Positions 31,408 to 41,539 of a DNA stretch of 64,000 bases are shown here, one piece after another (position 1 is the first letter of the stretch; each line of letters begins with the position of its first letter). Origin of the DNA: an uncultured Rivularia sp. (GTDB lineage: Bacteria; Cyanobacteriota; Cyanobacteriia; Cyanobacteriales; Nostocaceae); the NCBI GenBank assembly GCA_963665115.1, contig OY762007.1:3744001-3808000 (forward strand). Reading direction: 5' to 3'. A model generated the notes under the pieces. The model was not told the DNA's origin. It searched no databases and saw only the letters and a program-made list of their open reading frames with translations. A program made the position numbers and the translations under genes.

Positions 31408-31555
31408 CTAAGTAAGTCGGCAAAAATAAACCAAAGTATATTACATAATGTAAATTAGCTTCTCTTCAAGAACTCGCTTGCGCGTATAGAAAGCCTTGTT
31501 CCTACTCCCTATTCCCTTGTCCTAATTACTATTTTCAATACCAACCTACTTACTT
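31408..31555. mobile_element. MITE-like repeat with TAAGTA(A/G)GT(C/T)GG ends; partial relatives at ~5457-5540 and ~18985-19117
   Basis: Inverted ends taagtaagtcgg / ccaacctactta. The internal segment gcttctcttc..gaa.tcgcttg...cctactnccctattccc...aattac.attttcaata recurs at 19000-19117. Confidence 0.5.
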
Positions 31556-31562
31556 AATAAGC

Positions 31563-31600
31563 AAAAAAAACTGGAAGCTAGTTATTTTTCTTAGCTTCCA
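31563..31600 (-). terminator. Intrinsic terminator on the minus strand
   Basis: Stem CTGGAAGCTA...TAGCTTCCAG with an adjacent A8 run (U-tract on the minus strand). Confidence 0.6.
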
Positions 31601-32836
31601 GGAAGTGAGAGTATAAATTATTAGTACATTTCAGGACGATAATCCGCTTAAAAACCTGGGATCGGTATATTTAACTTTAGGTGCGGTTTATCATTAATAT
31701 TAGCGATATTTTTTTAATCGTTACTTATTCTATTTTCGCTAAGCTAATAATTTTCATTTTTATTAGCTCTAGTTGAAGAAAGTTTTAGAGTAGCTTTTAT
31801 GTTTATTAGGGGGAGGTAAAAGCTTAAATAAACTAAATTGGGAAAATTCACCGCTCTAGTTTATTTGTTTGAACTTCCTTGAAAAAAGAACCACCATTAG
31901 CAACGATCAAATATAGATATTAGCCAATAAGTTATATGCCCCATTTTTAGATTGCCTGCTCAATCAAATCAATACTGTTATTTTAATAATTAATCATAGT
32001 CTTTTACCTCGCGAATAAACTTCTCACTCAACCACCTTTATTGTTGCTATTTATAATTTAATGTATAAAAGATAATTCTATTTGCCACTTTGGCATATTT
32101 ATTTCAAAGTAATGATGAATAAATGTATAATTATTTGATTCAACATATATATATGTGACAGATATTTTTCTAAATATCATCATTTCAAAACTTAACAAAT
32201 TCTCTGAAACAAAACCGAAGTTCTTGTTTCTTACAAATCTTAAATAAGCTATCGCTAAATATCATCATAAACAGGTTGACGACCTGGACTAATAGTTTAA
32301 GGTTATACCGTACAAAGGGATGTTACAACCTTGCTACAAAAGGCTGGAATGTTTTTTATATAAGGGTTATCGGTAAAAAAAGTCGCAGCATTTATTAACA
32401 ACCTCTTCTACGACAATTTAATGCTGCATAAAAAGTAAGGAAGAAGCACAATTTATTAACTTGTTGCCACGGCTGGCGATCGAGGTAAAACGATTACTGT
32501 GCCGTGTAACTAAATTTTTTTTAATAGGATCTTTTCCTGTATTCCCTATTCCCTCTTCTACGACTATTTAATTGACATAACAAGTACAAAAGAAGGACCT
32601 TGTTTTATTGATATCTTGATATTTATTGTTTAAATTATCAAATATAAATGCTATAATATAGAACCTACAAAAGAAATATTAATTAAAACTACAGGAATTT
32701 TATGGAGTAAAACACATCGCTTTTGTAGACATTAGATCGATAACATTAAAACCTGTCATGGTAGATACAAAAAATTCTGACAGGAGTAAATAACACTTGG
32801 GAATAACGATAATCTTTTCCCAAAATTTACTGATAA

Positions 32837-33307
32837 TTAATTAAAGTCACAAAAATGCAGAGAAAAATTTCGGTTTTCTTCTACCTTCAAATCGGGTTTT
32901 ATTGATTGATACTCCCGGATTTGGGTTTCTAACCATTTGTCATGATTTGCACCGCCACGAATTTCTGTCTTCTGTTTGCCAACAACTTCAAGATAAGCCA
33001 AGTCTTTGATTTTATTTAAACAACTTGGTGACACATTGCTATCTTTTCTTCGGTTAGAACTTTGCTTGGCTATTTTTATATTTTCATTGTGCTGCGGTTT
33101 GGATTTCTTCGGAGAATGTTCTTTTATCAATCTGTTGTAAGTACGATAGGGAATGTAATGTAGAGGATTGTAGCCAGCAAAACGAAGCATTAAAACACAA
33201 GCCCAAGAATACTTCCCTGCTAGAATTGCTTCAACTACTTGGTCGAATTGTTCCGAATGTATTGTCTTATCTAAACTGCCACTAATGCCTATTGGATCTT
33301 GATTCAT
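32837..33307 (-). CDS. hetP: Heterocyst commitment protein HetP
   Basis: [40 protein letters not shown] and [18 protein letters not shown] match HetP as I recall it. 156 aa, downstream of hetC, with a HetR box upstream. Confidence 0.9.
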   Translation of the reverse strand: MNQDPIGISGSLDKTIHSEQFDQVVEAILAGKYSWACVLMLRFAGYNPLHYIPYRTYNRLIKEHSPKKSKPQHNENIKIAKQSSNRRKDSNVSPSCLNKIKDLAYLEVVGKQKTEIRGGANHDKWLETQIREYQSIKPDLKVEENRNFSLHFCDFN

Positions 33308-33490
33308 GGTGTTGGTTATCTAGAATAATTTAGATTAGCCTTGTTACGTTTATTTGTCTGAGATAATCGGAAACTGTTTTGAGTGATTAAAGGAGCATCC
33401 TAACTGCATGGTGGTGACTTATAATGAATGCATCAACTGTGTTATTTATTTTTAATAAGACAGTTTGCTTGTTATTAGCCATGTAATTAA

Positions 33491-34105
33491 TTACTTTTTG
33501 CCCTCCCATAGCAATTCCACTTGATAACCCTCAAATAATTCTTTTGCAGTTTTCGTCTCTTCGTAGGTATAAACGACTTGCTCACACATGAACTCACAGT
33601 CTCTATAGTTTAGAAATGTAAGTAGGGTTTGAACTTTTTCTTCTTGATTGAAAATAGTTAAAAGCCAGTATCTCAAATTGATTGGTAACACAACCGGTTC
33701 AGCATAGAAAGCTGTTTTATCTTTGGCTGGTGTTACAGCTTGGTGAAGCACTTCAGACTTTATACCATTGGGGACTTTTGCTAAGTACAATTGTGCTTCT
33801 CTCAAAAGCTTGGGAACATTTCTTATTTCTCTTATTCTTGCTCCCATCGCAAAAATCATCACAGAAGTGATATTAACCGATAAGAATAAAAAATATTGTA
33901 CCTCCCGAAGCTTATTTAATAATTCCCGTAATAACAAATTCTCAAATCGTATATTCCGGGAAGCCGCCTTCAGCTTAAATAAGCTATAGCCTTCGTTTAT
34001 ATTTAGCGTGTTTAGAAAAGCGAAAATGATTGATGCACAACTCATCCCGCAGATTATTTTCTGGGGAGATAAACTTTCATTGGGATGTAAACTATACTGA
34101 TTCAT
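33491..34105 (-). CDS. Hypothetical protein between the HetR box and hetP
   Basis: 204-aa ORF in AT-rich DNA, co-oriented with hetC and hetP. No family recognised. Confidence 0.55.
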   Translation of the reverse strand: MNQYSLHPNESLSPQKIICGMSCASIIFAFLNTLNINEGYSLFKLKAASRNIRFENLLLRELLNKLREVQYFLFLSVNITSVMIFAMGARIREIRNVPKLLREAQLYLAKVPNGIKSEVLHQAVTPAKDKTAFYAEPVVLPINLRYWLLTIFNQEEKVQTLLTFLNYRDCEFMCEQVVYTYEETKTAKELFEGYQVELLWEGKK

Positions 34106-34648
34106 CCCTAAAATGCCTTCCGGGCATATATTTTCAACTGCATTGAAACCTGACGATCCTTTTCATTAATTGAACCTTTGACCAAAAATCCGACTTTCCT
34201 TTTCGAGGAAGGGATGCTTGTGAATGCCAAAATAAATAAATTTCAGTAATAGTAAGTTGGCAAGAGTACTACCATGCTTCAAAATTTACCTAGATAAATG
34301 TAAGATGACTGGTAATAAAAAATCTGCGCTTAGCATTCGGTAGAAGCAATTTAGCCTTTTTCTAATCTCCTAAACTTCTAATTCAATTACTTGACCCTGA
34401 TAAAAATTTGTATAATTAGAAACTGTTTTAATCTAGGAGCTTTTATGTGAAATCTCTTATTTTTAGTATAGCAAACAAAATTTCTTCATCTTTAATCGTT
34501 GATAACAACATTAGTACTTATACTATTTTTTGTCTTAAATGTCATCTGTCTTCTATAACGGTTTCTTACATTCAATCTACTTAATATAATTATACGAATA
34601 CTTAAGTATTGTGCAACTTTAAATTTTGTCCTTTATTAATTATTTAAT

Positions 34649-34665
34649 GAGGGGTTTGACCCCCT
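34649..34665. promoter_or_regulatory. HetR-binding inverted repeat
   Basis: GAGGGGTTTGACCCCCT (GGGG-N5-CCCC). The reverse complement matches the Anabaena hetP-promoter site GAGGGGTCTAACCCCTC (recalled) at 14/17, in the hetC-hetP interval. Confidence 0.8.
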
Positions 34666-35184
34666 ATTATTCATCTTTCTTATGACTGCAATTGATAATA
34701 CCTTTAAAAGTATTTTACTCTAATCTTTATATATCATGCATCTAAAATAAGAGAATATACATAGCATTGTAGACTCTACAAACTATTTACTTGAGTAAAT
34801 AATTCTAAAGCTAGGTACAAGCTATTGTATTATTAATAATAAGCTTAAAGTCCTCGTATATAAAGTTTTTACATTTATGAATACTGTCCAAAGTTTTTTA
34901 AAATTATGATGAAGTTGATTTTGCGTGGTGGGAGAATAATGGGATAAACAGTTGCAACAGATACAGTATTTTGGTATTATAAATAAGCTTGAATAATAAG
35001 TTTTCATATAGCATGATAAAAATCACCTAATGAAAGCATAAACATCATGTAGGTAGATTTGTAAAATTAAGCCAAATTCATCTATTTATAGACAAACTAT
35101 ATTTTCACTGACTAATTCATCAGTATTCCATTGTGCAAATATTTTGCATTAATTATTCACAGTAAATAATTTATCTTGGTGAGA

Positions 35185-38100
35185 TTACATATCCAGTTGC
35201 TGCTGTATTAAGCTTGGGTAAATCTTACTTTTTGTCATTAACTCTTCATGAGTACCTTGGTCTGCTAAAACACCTCGGTCAAGAACTAAAATAGTGTCGG
35301 CATTTTTGATGCTAATAAGATTAGCAGTAACAATAAAAGTAGTGCGGAGCGTTTGTGCAGTATCAATAGAAGCATGATTAAAGCGAGCTAATTTTTGTTG
35401 AAACTGATACTCCGAAAGCGAATCAACAGAACTACTAGCTTCATCGACAATTAAAATACGAGGATTTTTAATTAAAGTCCTAGCAATAGCTAATTTTTGT
35501 TGCTGTTTAGCATTCAGATTTATTCCTCCTCCTACGATAGTGCTGTAACCTAAAGGCAGTGCCTGGATAAAAGCGTGCGCTCCCGCAAGCTTGGCAGCAG
35601 CTTGAGCTTGTTCGAGGCTAAATTCTTGATTGTACAAAGTGATATTTTCTAAGATTGTTCCTGAAAACAGGAAAAATTCTTGTTGTATCACACCCAATTG
35701 TCTCCTCAAAGAACTAAGAGACACTTGGGTAATGTCGTGTCCATCAATCAGAATGCGTCCGCTATCGGCATGGTACAAGCCAGTAAGCAACTTAACTAAA
35801 GCTCTTTTACCGGAATCATTGCCCCCCACAATACCGATGGTTTGTCCTGGCTTTACGCGAAAAGAAATATTTTGCAAAATATTCCCCTGTTGCGAACTCT
35901 CTTGGTTTAAGCTGCCTGATTCGTTAAAACTGACATTTTCAAAATGCACTTCACCGCGAATAGGAGGTAATGCGGTTAAAGTTCTTTGTGTTTTTTCTTC
36001 GCTCTCGGTAGCTAAAACATTATCTAGTTTTTCAACAGAAGTTAATATGTCCGGAAATTCATCCCACAGCTTTACCAATCCCAACATCGGGTTTACCGTA
36101 TTACTGACAAGCATATTGAAAGCAATGAATTCACCTATAGAAATCTGAGAATCGATCGCCATCCGGGTGCCATACCATAGCACTGCCGTACTGCCGAGGT
36201 GATTAATCAAACTACTTGCGAACTGCAAACTATTAGTTAACTTTTGTCCAGACGATCGCGTCTTTATCATCTGGGTAAAATATTCTTCCCAGCGCGATCG
36301 CAAAGAGTTTTCGGCTTTCTCAGTTTTGATTGTGTTGATGCCGGTAACAATTTCTACTATTACGGAATTCTGTGCTTTAAAATCAAAAGCATATTGTCGC
36401 CCAATTTTTTTCACAAATAGACTAACCACTGCACTCAAACACATCATCGGTAGAATAAAACTCAGCACCACCAGAGTAAGCTGCCAACTGTAATAAGCCA
36501 TCACCGCAAAATAGACAAGCGTCATCAACCCATCCAAAATGGTAGTTATAGCTTGACGAGTTAAAAAGCGGTGAATTTTGGAGTTTTCTTGAATTTGGTT
36601 GAGAATATCTCCGACACTGTGAGATGCAAAAAAAGATAATGGTAATTCCAGGGTACGACTCACAAAATCGCTTATTAGAGTTACATCTAAGCGGTTAGAC
36701 AAATAGTCCAGAAAATGCTGGCGCAATGCAGTTAAAACAATACGTCCAAACCCGTATACGAGAAAACCGAAGGCAAAGAGATTTATCGAATCCAAATTTT
36801 TAGCCGTGGAAACTGCATCTACTACGGCTTGGGCTAGTATTGCTGGAACTACACCTAAAATGGGTAACAGTATGGAAACAACAATTATTTTTGCTAATAA
36901 AAGTCGATTATCTGCAAAAAACTTATAGAATCTTGCAAAAGAAACAAACTCACTCTTCTTGCTATAGAAATTCTCAGTAGGAGATAAAAGTAAGGCATAT
37001 CCTGTAAAATTTAATTCAAATTCTTCACGAGAAACCCATCTTTTACCTATAGCTGGATCTGAGATAAATACAGATTTACTTTTAAACCGCCATACAACTA
37101 TGTAGTGATTTCCCTGATAATGAGCTATCCAAGGTAATGGTTGCGACTCCAATTCATTCAAAGAAGCTCTTACTCCTAAAGCCTGATATCCCAAGCTTCG
37201 AGCCGCAACAGTTAAATCGTTGAACTCCGCACCCATAGAATTTATGTGTGCAATAGAACGTAGGGTATTTAAATTAAAGCGTTTACCCCAGTATTGACTA
37301 ATCGTTGCCAGACTTGCCGCACCGCAATCTGTAGAACTTTGCTGTTGAACAAAAGGATAAATTCTAAACCAGCGTCGAAGGGGATGTTGATTATTGAATT
37401 GCAGGTGTTGAGTAATTAATTCTCGCTTGGGAGCTTCCTGCTGAAAATTTGTCGGCTCAACCTCTTCTTCCGCAACTTCATCACTGTTAAGCTCAAAGCG
37501 AGAATCATCTTCAAGAAAACTTAACTCCGGTACAATCTCCGCAACTGAATCAAAGTTTTGTTTCGGTAGATAAAATAGCGATAAATCGGTTCTAGATATA
37601 AAATCCCCTGGGATTGTATTCGGATATCCCCAGCTTTCTCCCACTAATGGCGGTCTATTTTGATCGGAAATGCTGCCTATTTCCCCACTTACAAGCCAAA
37701 AACGCCCCTCCGTTGGAGATGCTGCTGCCAAAAGAGAACCTTCATTAAGATTGATGTTGAGAAAAGAAAGAAGTAGTTTTTGCAGAGTAGGAGTATTTTG
37801 CGATAGATAGAGCTTAGCCGAACGCAATTCTGTCAGCGTCTTGAAAAAGATTAACTTTTGACGCTCTTGAGTAACTCGTGAAAAATAATCGAACAAAGCA
37901 GGGTAGCGCTGCAACCAAATATCGAGATGCTGTAAAGAAATTTGAAAAAGCATTCCACTACTAGATGCCACAGCTCGATATTCTTGATAAGTACTAGTGC
38001 AAAATGCATCATCCCCGCCAAAAAATTGATTTGGATGAAGCAATTGAATTGAAACTTCCTTTCCCAAGGATTCATCAAACCCTAACAATCGGACTTTACC

Positions 38101-38343
38101 TTGAGAGATCAAGTAAATAACACCACCGCTAACTCCGGAGCGCCCGACGCAATTGTACTGAGTTAGTTCATCACCTAATTCAAACTTACGATTTATCCAA
38201 GCTTCTTTAAACTCAGATGGAAAATTAGTATCACCAATAACCTGCTTCCAAAGCTGGTAAATAGCTTCGGAAGCAGTTAATGACGGAGTATTTGTTGTAT
38301 CATTATCCGCTTTCTGAACTCCCAAACTTGGGTACGAGTCCAT
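35185..38343 (-). CDS. hetC: HetC-like peptidase-containing ABC exporter with degenerate ATPase motifs
   Basis: 1052 aa: cNMP-like N-terminus, C39 motifs QQSSTDCGAA and NHYIVV, TMD, NBD. Lies upstream of hetP and has an NtcA box. Confidence 0.75.
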   Translation of the reverse strand: MDSYPSLGVQKADNDTTNTPSLTASEAIYQLWKQVIGDTNFPSEFKEAWINRKFELGDELTQYNCVGRSGVSGGVIYLISQGKVRLLGFDESLGKEVSIQLLHPNQFFGGDDAFCTSTYQEYRAVASSSGMLFQISLQHLDIWLQRYPALFDYFSRVTQERQKLIFFKTLTELRSAKLYLSQNTPTLQKLLLSFLNINLNEGSLLAAASPTEGRFWLVSGEIGSISDQNRPPLVGESWGYPNTIPGDFISRTDLSLFYLPKQNFDSVAEIVPELSFLEDDSRFELNSDEVAEEEVEPTNFQQEAPKRELITQHLQFNNQHPLRRWFRIYPFVQQQSSTDCGAASLATISQYWGKRFNLNTLRSIAHINSMGAEFNDLTVAARSLGYQALGVRASLNELESQPLPWIAHYQGNHYIVVWRFKSKSVFISDPAIGKRWVSREEFELNFTGYALLLSPTENFYSKKSEFVSFARFYKFFADNRLLLAKIIVVSILLPILGVVPAILAQAVVDAVSTAKNLDSINLFAFGFLVYGFGRIVLTALRQHFLDYLSNRLDVTLISDFVSRTLELPLSFFASHSVGDILNQIQENSKIHRFLTRQAITTILDGLMTLVYFAVMAYYSWQLTLVVLSFILPMMCLSAVVSLFVKKIGRQYAFDFKAQNSVIVEIVTGINTIKTEKAENSLRSRWEEYFTQMIKTRSSGQKLTNSLQFASSLINHLGSTAVLWYGTRMAIDSQISIGEFIAFNMLVSNTVNPMLGLVKLWDEFPDILTSVEKLDNVLATESEEKTQRTLTALPPIRGEVHFENVSFNESGSLNQESSQQGNILQNISFRVKPGQTIGIVGGNDSGKRALVKLLTGLYHADSGRILIDGHDITQVSLSSLRRQLGVIQQEFFLFSGTILENITLYNQEFSLEQAQAAAKLAGAHAFIQALPLGYSTIVGGGINLNAKQQQKLAIARTLIKNPRILIVDEASSSVDSLSEYQFQQKLARFNHASIDTAQTLRTTFIVTANLISIKNADTILVLDRGVLADQGTHEELMTKSKIYPSLIQQQLDM

Positions 38344-38720
38344 CGTTTAATCTCTAATTAAAGTAACTTTATTGACTCTAGTTAAAACTTGTAGCGGTAG
38401 TTTAAAAGAAGCTCTAAATACGATCAATATAGGCTTTTATCCTAATTGTTAACCACTTATTAGCTCTTGGCACCCGTATTAAAAATTACTAGTTATTCTT
38501 TCATTTTTATTTTATAAATAGTTAGTGGCTTTTCGTACAGTGAAAATTGAAAACAACACATTTAGCTAGCCAAACCCAATTCTTGATTATACCAGAGCAT
38601 TAATTACCATTAAATGCATTCTTATTAAATTTCAGCCCCTACCGTCAATAAACATCTTATACTTTATCGAAGTTTTAATTTTACTTCAATTTGTGTTCAT
38701 TGTTGCAAGTAAAATAATAA

Positions 38721-38736
38721 TGTATGTTTGGGTACA
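38721..38736. promoter_or_regulatory. NtcA-binding site upstream of hetC
   Basis: TGTA-TGTTTGGG-TACA is a perfect tGTA-N8-TACa, ~380 bp upstream of the hetC start. hetC is a known NtcA target. Confidence 0.65.
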
Positions 38737-38956
38737 AACTCTAATTAGTAAATAATTTACAATTAGATACTTTTAGGATTAAAACTTGTCACATAAACGG
38801 CATAATTACTAATTTTTAGACAACAAATCTTTATAAAAATCAAATTTATTGACATAAAACTTGTTCATTGCGAACATATAGTGCAATTGATTAGCTGTGG
38901 TTATAATTAGAGCTAATATCATTTGCATTTTAAAAATAAATATTTAATTTTTTTGA

Positions 38957-39117
38957 ATAGGGAATTGGGCATGGGGAATGGGGAATTGTTAAGAGTTAGG
39001 AGTTAGGAGTGAGTAGTGAGTAGCAAGTAGTAAGTAATAAGTATTAAGGAGTTAGGAATTTTAAATTACCCGTTGTCTCCTTGTCTCCCCATCTCCCCCT
39101 CTCCCCCCTTCTCCCAA
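38957..39117. repeat. STRR heptamer tandem repeats (also ~9003-9036, 24381-24422, 41617-41685, 43596-43620, 46010-46129, 55523-55635)
   Basis: Arrays such as GGGAATT/GGGCATG, GGAGTTA, GGTTAAA, CCCCTTGT, GGTAATT and AATCTAA in intergenic spaces; typical of Nostocales. Confidence 0.8.
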
Positions 39118-39118
39118 A

Positions 39119-41539
39119 TTAATCAACCATCAAATAAATCGCCCAAATAGCCATCGCTCTGAGGTAAACGCAGGCACGGAAGGTTCCAGCAGCGGTAATG
39201 GCTTCGGGGGTACGGAACTGTAAGCCGTTGTCATAAATTTGATTTACTACAGCTTCTGTCAACTTAAATGCTTCCGATTTCTTTCCCATTTGTACTAGAA
39301 AAGCGGCGATTCCGAAGTTGATTCCCGTCCATACTTCTAAGGGATGAGTTGCATCGGGATTTTCCGGAGAACCATCGGGACGTAAACCATTAGCAGCACC
39401 AAGTTTGCCGTCGTTGAAGTTAAGGAAACAAGCATCATAAACGGTATTTAAAGCTGAAATAGCGCATTCCGGAGGTACAATATCGGGTAGCTGCAACAAA
39501 CGAGCGTAGAATTGCCCGCATAATTGATCCGCCATTACGACATCAGAACCGCTTTCACTATCGAGACGATAAAATTTACCGTTCCATAGCTTTTCTTGAT
39601 AAACGGGACGAGATTTTTCTAACCAAGCTTCGTAAATGGATTTTTCTGACGCTAAATTCTCGATTTGTACTTCTTTGGTTAACAAAACTTCGCTGATGGC
39701 GATCGCCGCTTCCAAGGCTGCCAACCATAACCCGCCGCAATAAGCACTCACGCCCAGCAACCGCCAATCATCAAAGGTTTGATCCGGGGCACCAGAATTC
39801 TCTGGAATCCCGTCGTTATCTTTATCAAAAGCTTTGAGATAGTTTAAAGTTTCAACAATCGCATTCCAACAATCTTCGAGAAAATCAATATCATTACTAC
39901 CTGTAAAAACAAAATCCCGATACACCTGTAATACAAAATCACAACCCAAATCTTTCCACTGGTTGCAATCTTGATAGCTGGTGTAATTTGTCTTTTCCCA
40001 AACGTGTTCGTTGGGTGCGCCTAAATCGTGAGGTGTTGCACCCTTAGCTTTACGGACAGCTTCATGACTTTCTGCACCGATAGTATAGTAGTAGCCGATG
40101 ACACGAGTATTTTTATCGCTATCGGGGATTGCTCGTGCAAAAGCCCGAATTACAGCTTTTTCTAATTCCGGAAACAACATTAATAAGCCGAAAGAACCGT
40201 AAAGCCGCACGTCTAAACTTTCATACCAGCGATAGTCCAAACATTCAAGTACGGCAAATTGACCGACTGGATCGCGAGGTGAAGCCGCACTCCACAAAGT
40301 ACCGCCAGCAGTTAGGTCATAAAGTTCGTTAAACAAAGCCATTTTGAACCAGTCGGGCAAATCCGACCGTTCAATAATTGGTTGTTGCCAAACTTGAATT
40401 TGAGAAAGCCAATTTTGATATTCTTGGAGAGCAGTGGCAGCAATATTAAGGGCATTCTTACCATTACCGCCAAAAAAATCAGTATATCTGCGCTTATATG
40501 TAATCCCCGATACAAATTCTGTTACCGGAAAATCCCAAGCGACAGCAAAAGGTATTTCTAAAGTTTCTCCCGGTTGCAGAGTAAAACGCACGGCAATTGC
40601 TGCCCCTATTTGTTCGTTTTCAACTGCGGAAGTTTCATCATTAATATTAGCTAAAGAACCATTTTCAGCGAAGCTTTGCCAGATATCTTCACCAGTACAA
40701 GTTGGATTCCACCGATTGTGGTGAAAAATTTCTAATTTTGGATTTTTAGCAGTAGCAATACACCAAGTACCTTCACCCTCTACTGGTTCTGCGGTACCTA
40801 CTTGATCTAAAACACAACCAACGTATTCAGAATTCTCGATTAACCGATTAAAATTATTTTTACTTTCACCTAAATTGGGTTGGTAATCATAAACCGGACT
40901 ACCATCATCTCGCATTTCCACTTCAGGAGACTTTACAGTATTAGTAAACCACCCCACCATATTCTGCCAAGTCAGCATAATACTTATAGTAATCGGCTCC
41001 GAAGTCGGATTATTAGCATTCCAAACAAACATCGCCACCGGGTAGCTGGATTCTTGGTAATTATCAGCCCAAATCGGAGAGAATTGCTCGCAACTTAAAT
41101 GTGCTTGAAAGACTTCATATATAAACCAACTGCGGGGATATAACGCATGATAGGTTCCGCTAGAATTGGCTTTAGATTTGGATTGAGGATAAAAATTCCA
41201 AGCTGACAAAGTACTATCATTACTTGGTTCTGTAGATAATGCATAAGCAACACTTTGATTTTTGCTACTTTCAAACACGCTAAACTGACAAGCGGGGATA
41301 TTTTGAAATGTATGTTCCCCACCATCGATATGCCAGAAGTTAAAATCTCCCCGTGAAGAACGCCCGATACAGCCAGCACCAAAGCCACCCAGAGGCATTC
41401 CGTGCCAAGGACCGTCATCAATATTACTAGCTTTACGCACGGTATAGGGTTTATCCCAATCCAAACCAATAGCACGACTCCAAGCGCAAGTAGGAATTAC
41501 CCTGTAAGACGGATTTTTCATATGTAATTTTTGCAGCAT
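39119..41539 (-). CDS. GH116 family glycoside hydrolase (non-lysosomal glucosylceramidase-like)
   Basis: HGMPLGGFGAGCIGR, LECLDYRWYESLDV, PDQTFDDW, MADQLCGQFY, EVWTGIN, GLQFRTPEA. Confidence 0.9.
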   Translation of the reverse strand: MLQKLHMKNPSYRVIPTCAWSRAIGLDWDKPYTVRKASNIDDGPWHGMPLGGFGAGCIGRSSRGDFNFWHIDGGEHTFQNIPACQFSVFESSKNQSVAYALSTEPSNDSTLSAWNFYPQSKSKANSSGTYHALYPRSWFIYEVFQAHLSCEQFSPIWADNYQESSYPVAMFVWNANNPTSEPITISIMLTWQNMVGWFTNTVKSPEVEMRDDGSPVYDYQPNLGESKNNFNRLIENSEYVGCVLDQVGTAEPVEGEGTWCIATAKNPKLEIFHHNRWNPTCTGEDIWQSFAENGSLANINDETSAVENEQIGAAIAVRFTLQPGETLEIPFAVAWDFPVTEFVSGITYKRRYTDFFGGNGKNALNIAATALQEYQNWLSQIQVWQQPIIERSDLPDWFKMALFNELYDLTAGGTLWSAASPRDPVGQFAVLECLDYRWYESLDVRLYGSFGLLMLFPELEKAVIRAFARAIPDSDKNTRVIGYYYTIGAESHEAVRKAKGATPHDLGAPNEHVWEKTNYTSYQDCNQWKDLGCDFVLQVYRDFVFTGSNDIDFLEDCWNAIVETLNYLKAFDKDNDGIPENSGAPDQTFDDWRLLGVSAYCGGLWLAALEAAIAISEVLLTKEVQIENLASEKSIYEAWLEKSRPVYQEKLWNGKFYRLDSESGSDVVMADQLCGQFYARLLQLPDIVPPECAISALNTVYDACFLNFNDGKLGAANGLRPDGSPENPDATHPLEVWTGINFGIAAFLVQMGKKSEAFKLTEAVVNQIYDNGLQFRTPEAITAAGTFRACVYLRAMAIWAIYLMVD

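Noticed and set aside
30800..39100. patS/patX-type RGSGR peptide gene near hetC/hetP
   Set aside because: I found no RG(S/T)GR-coding small ORF by eye, though the scan was not exhaustive.
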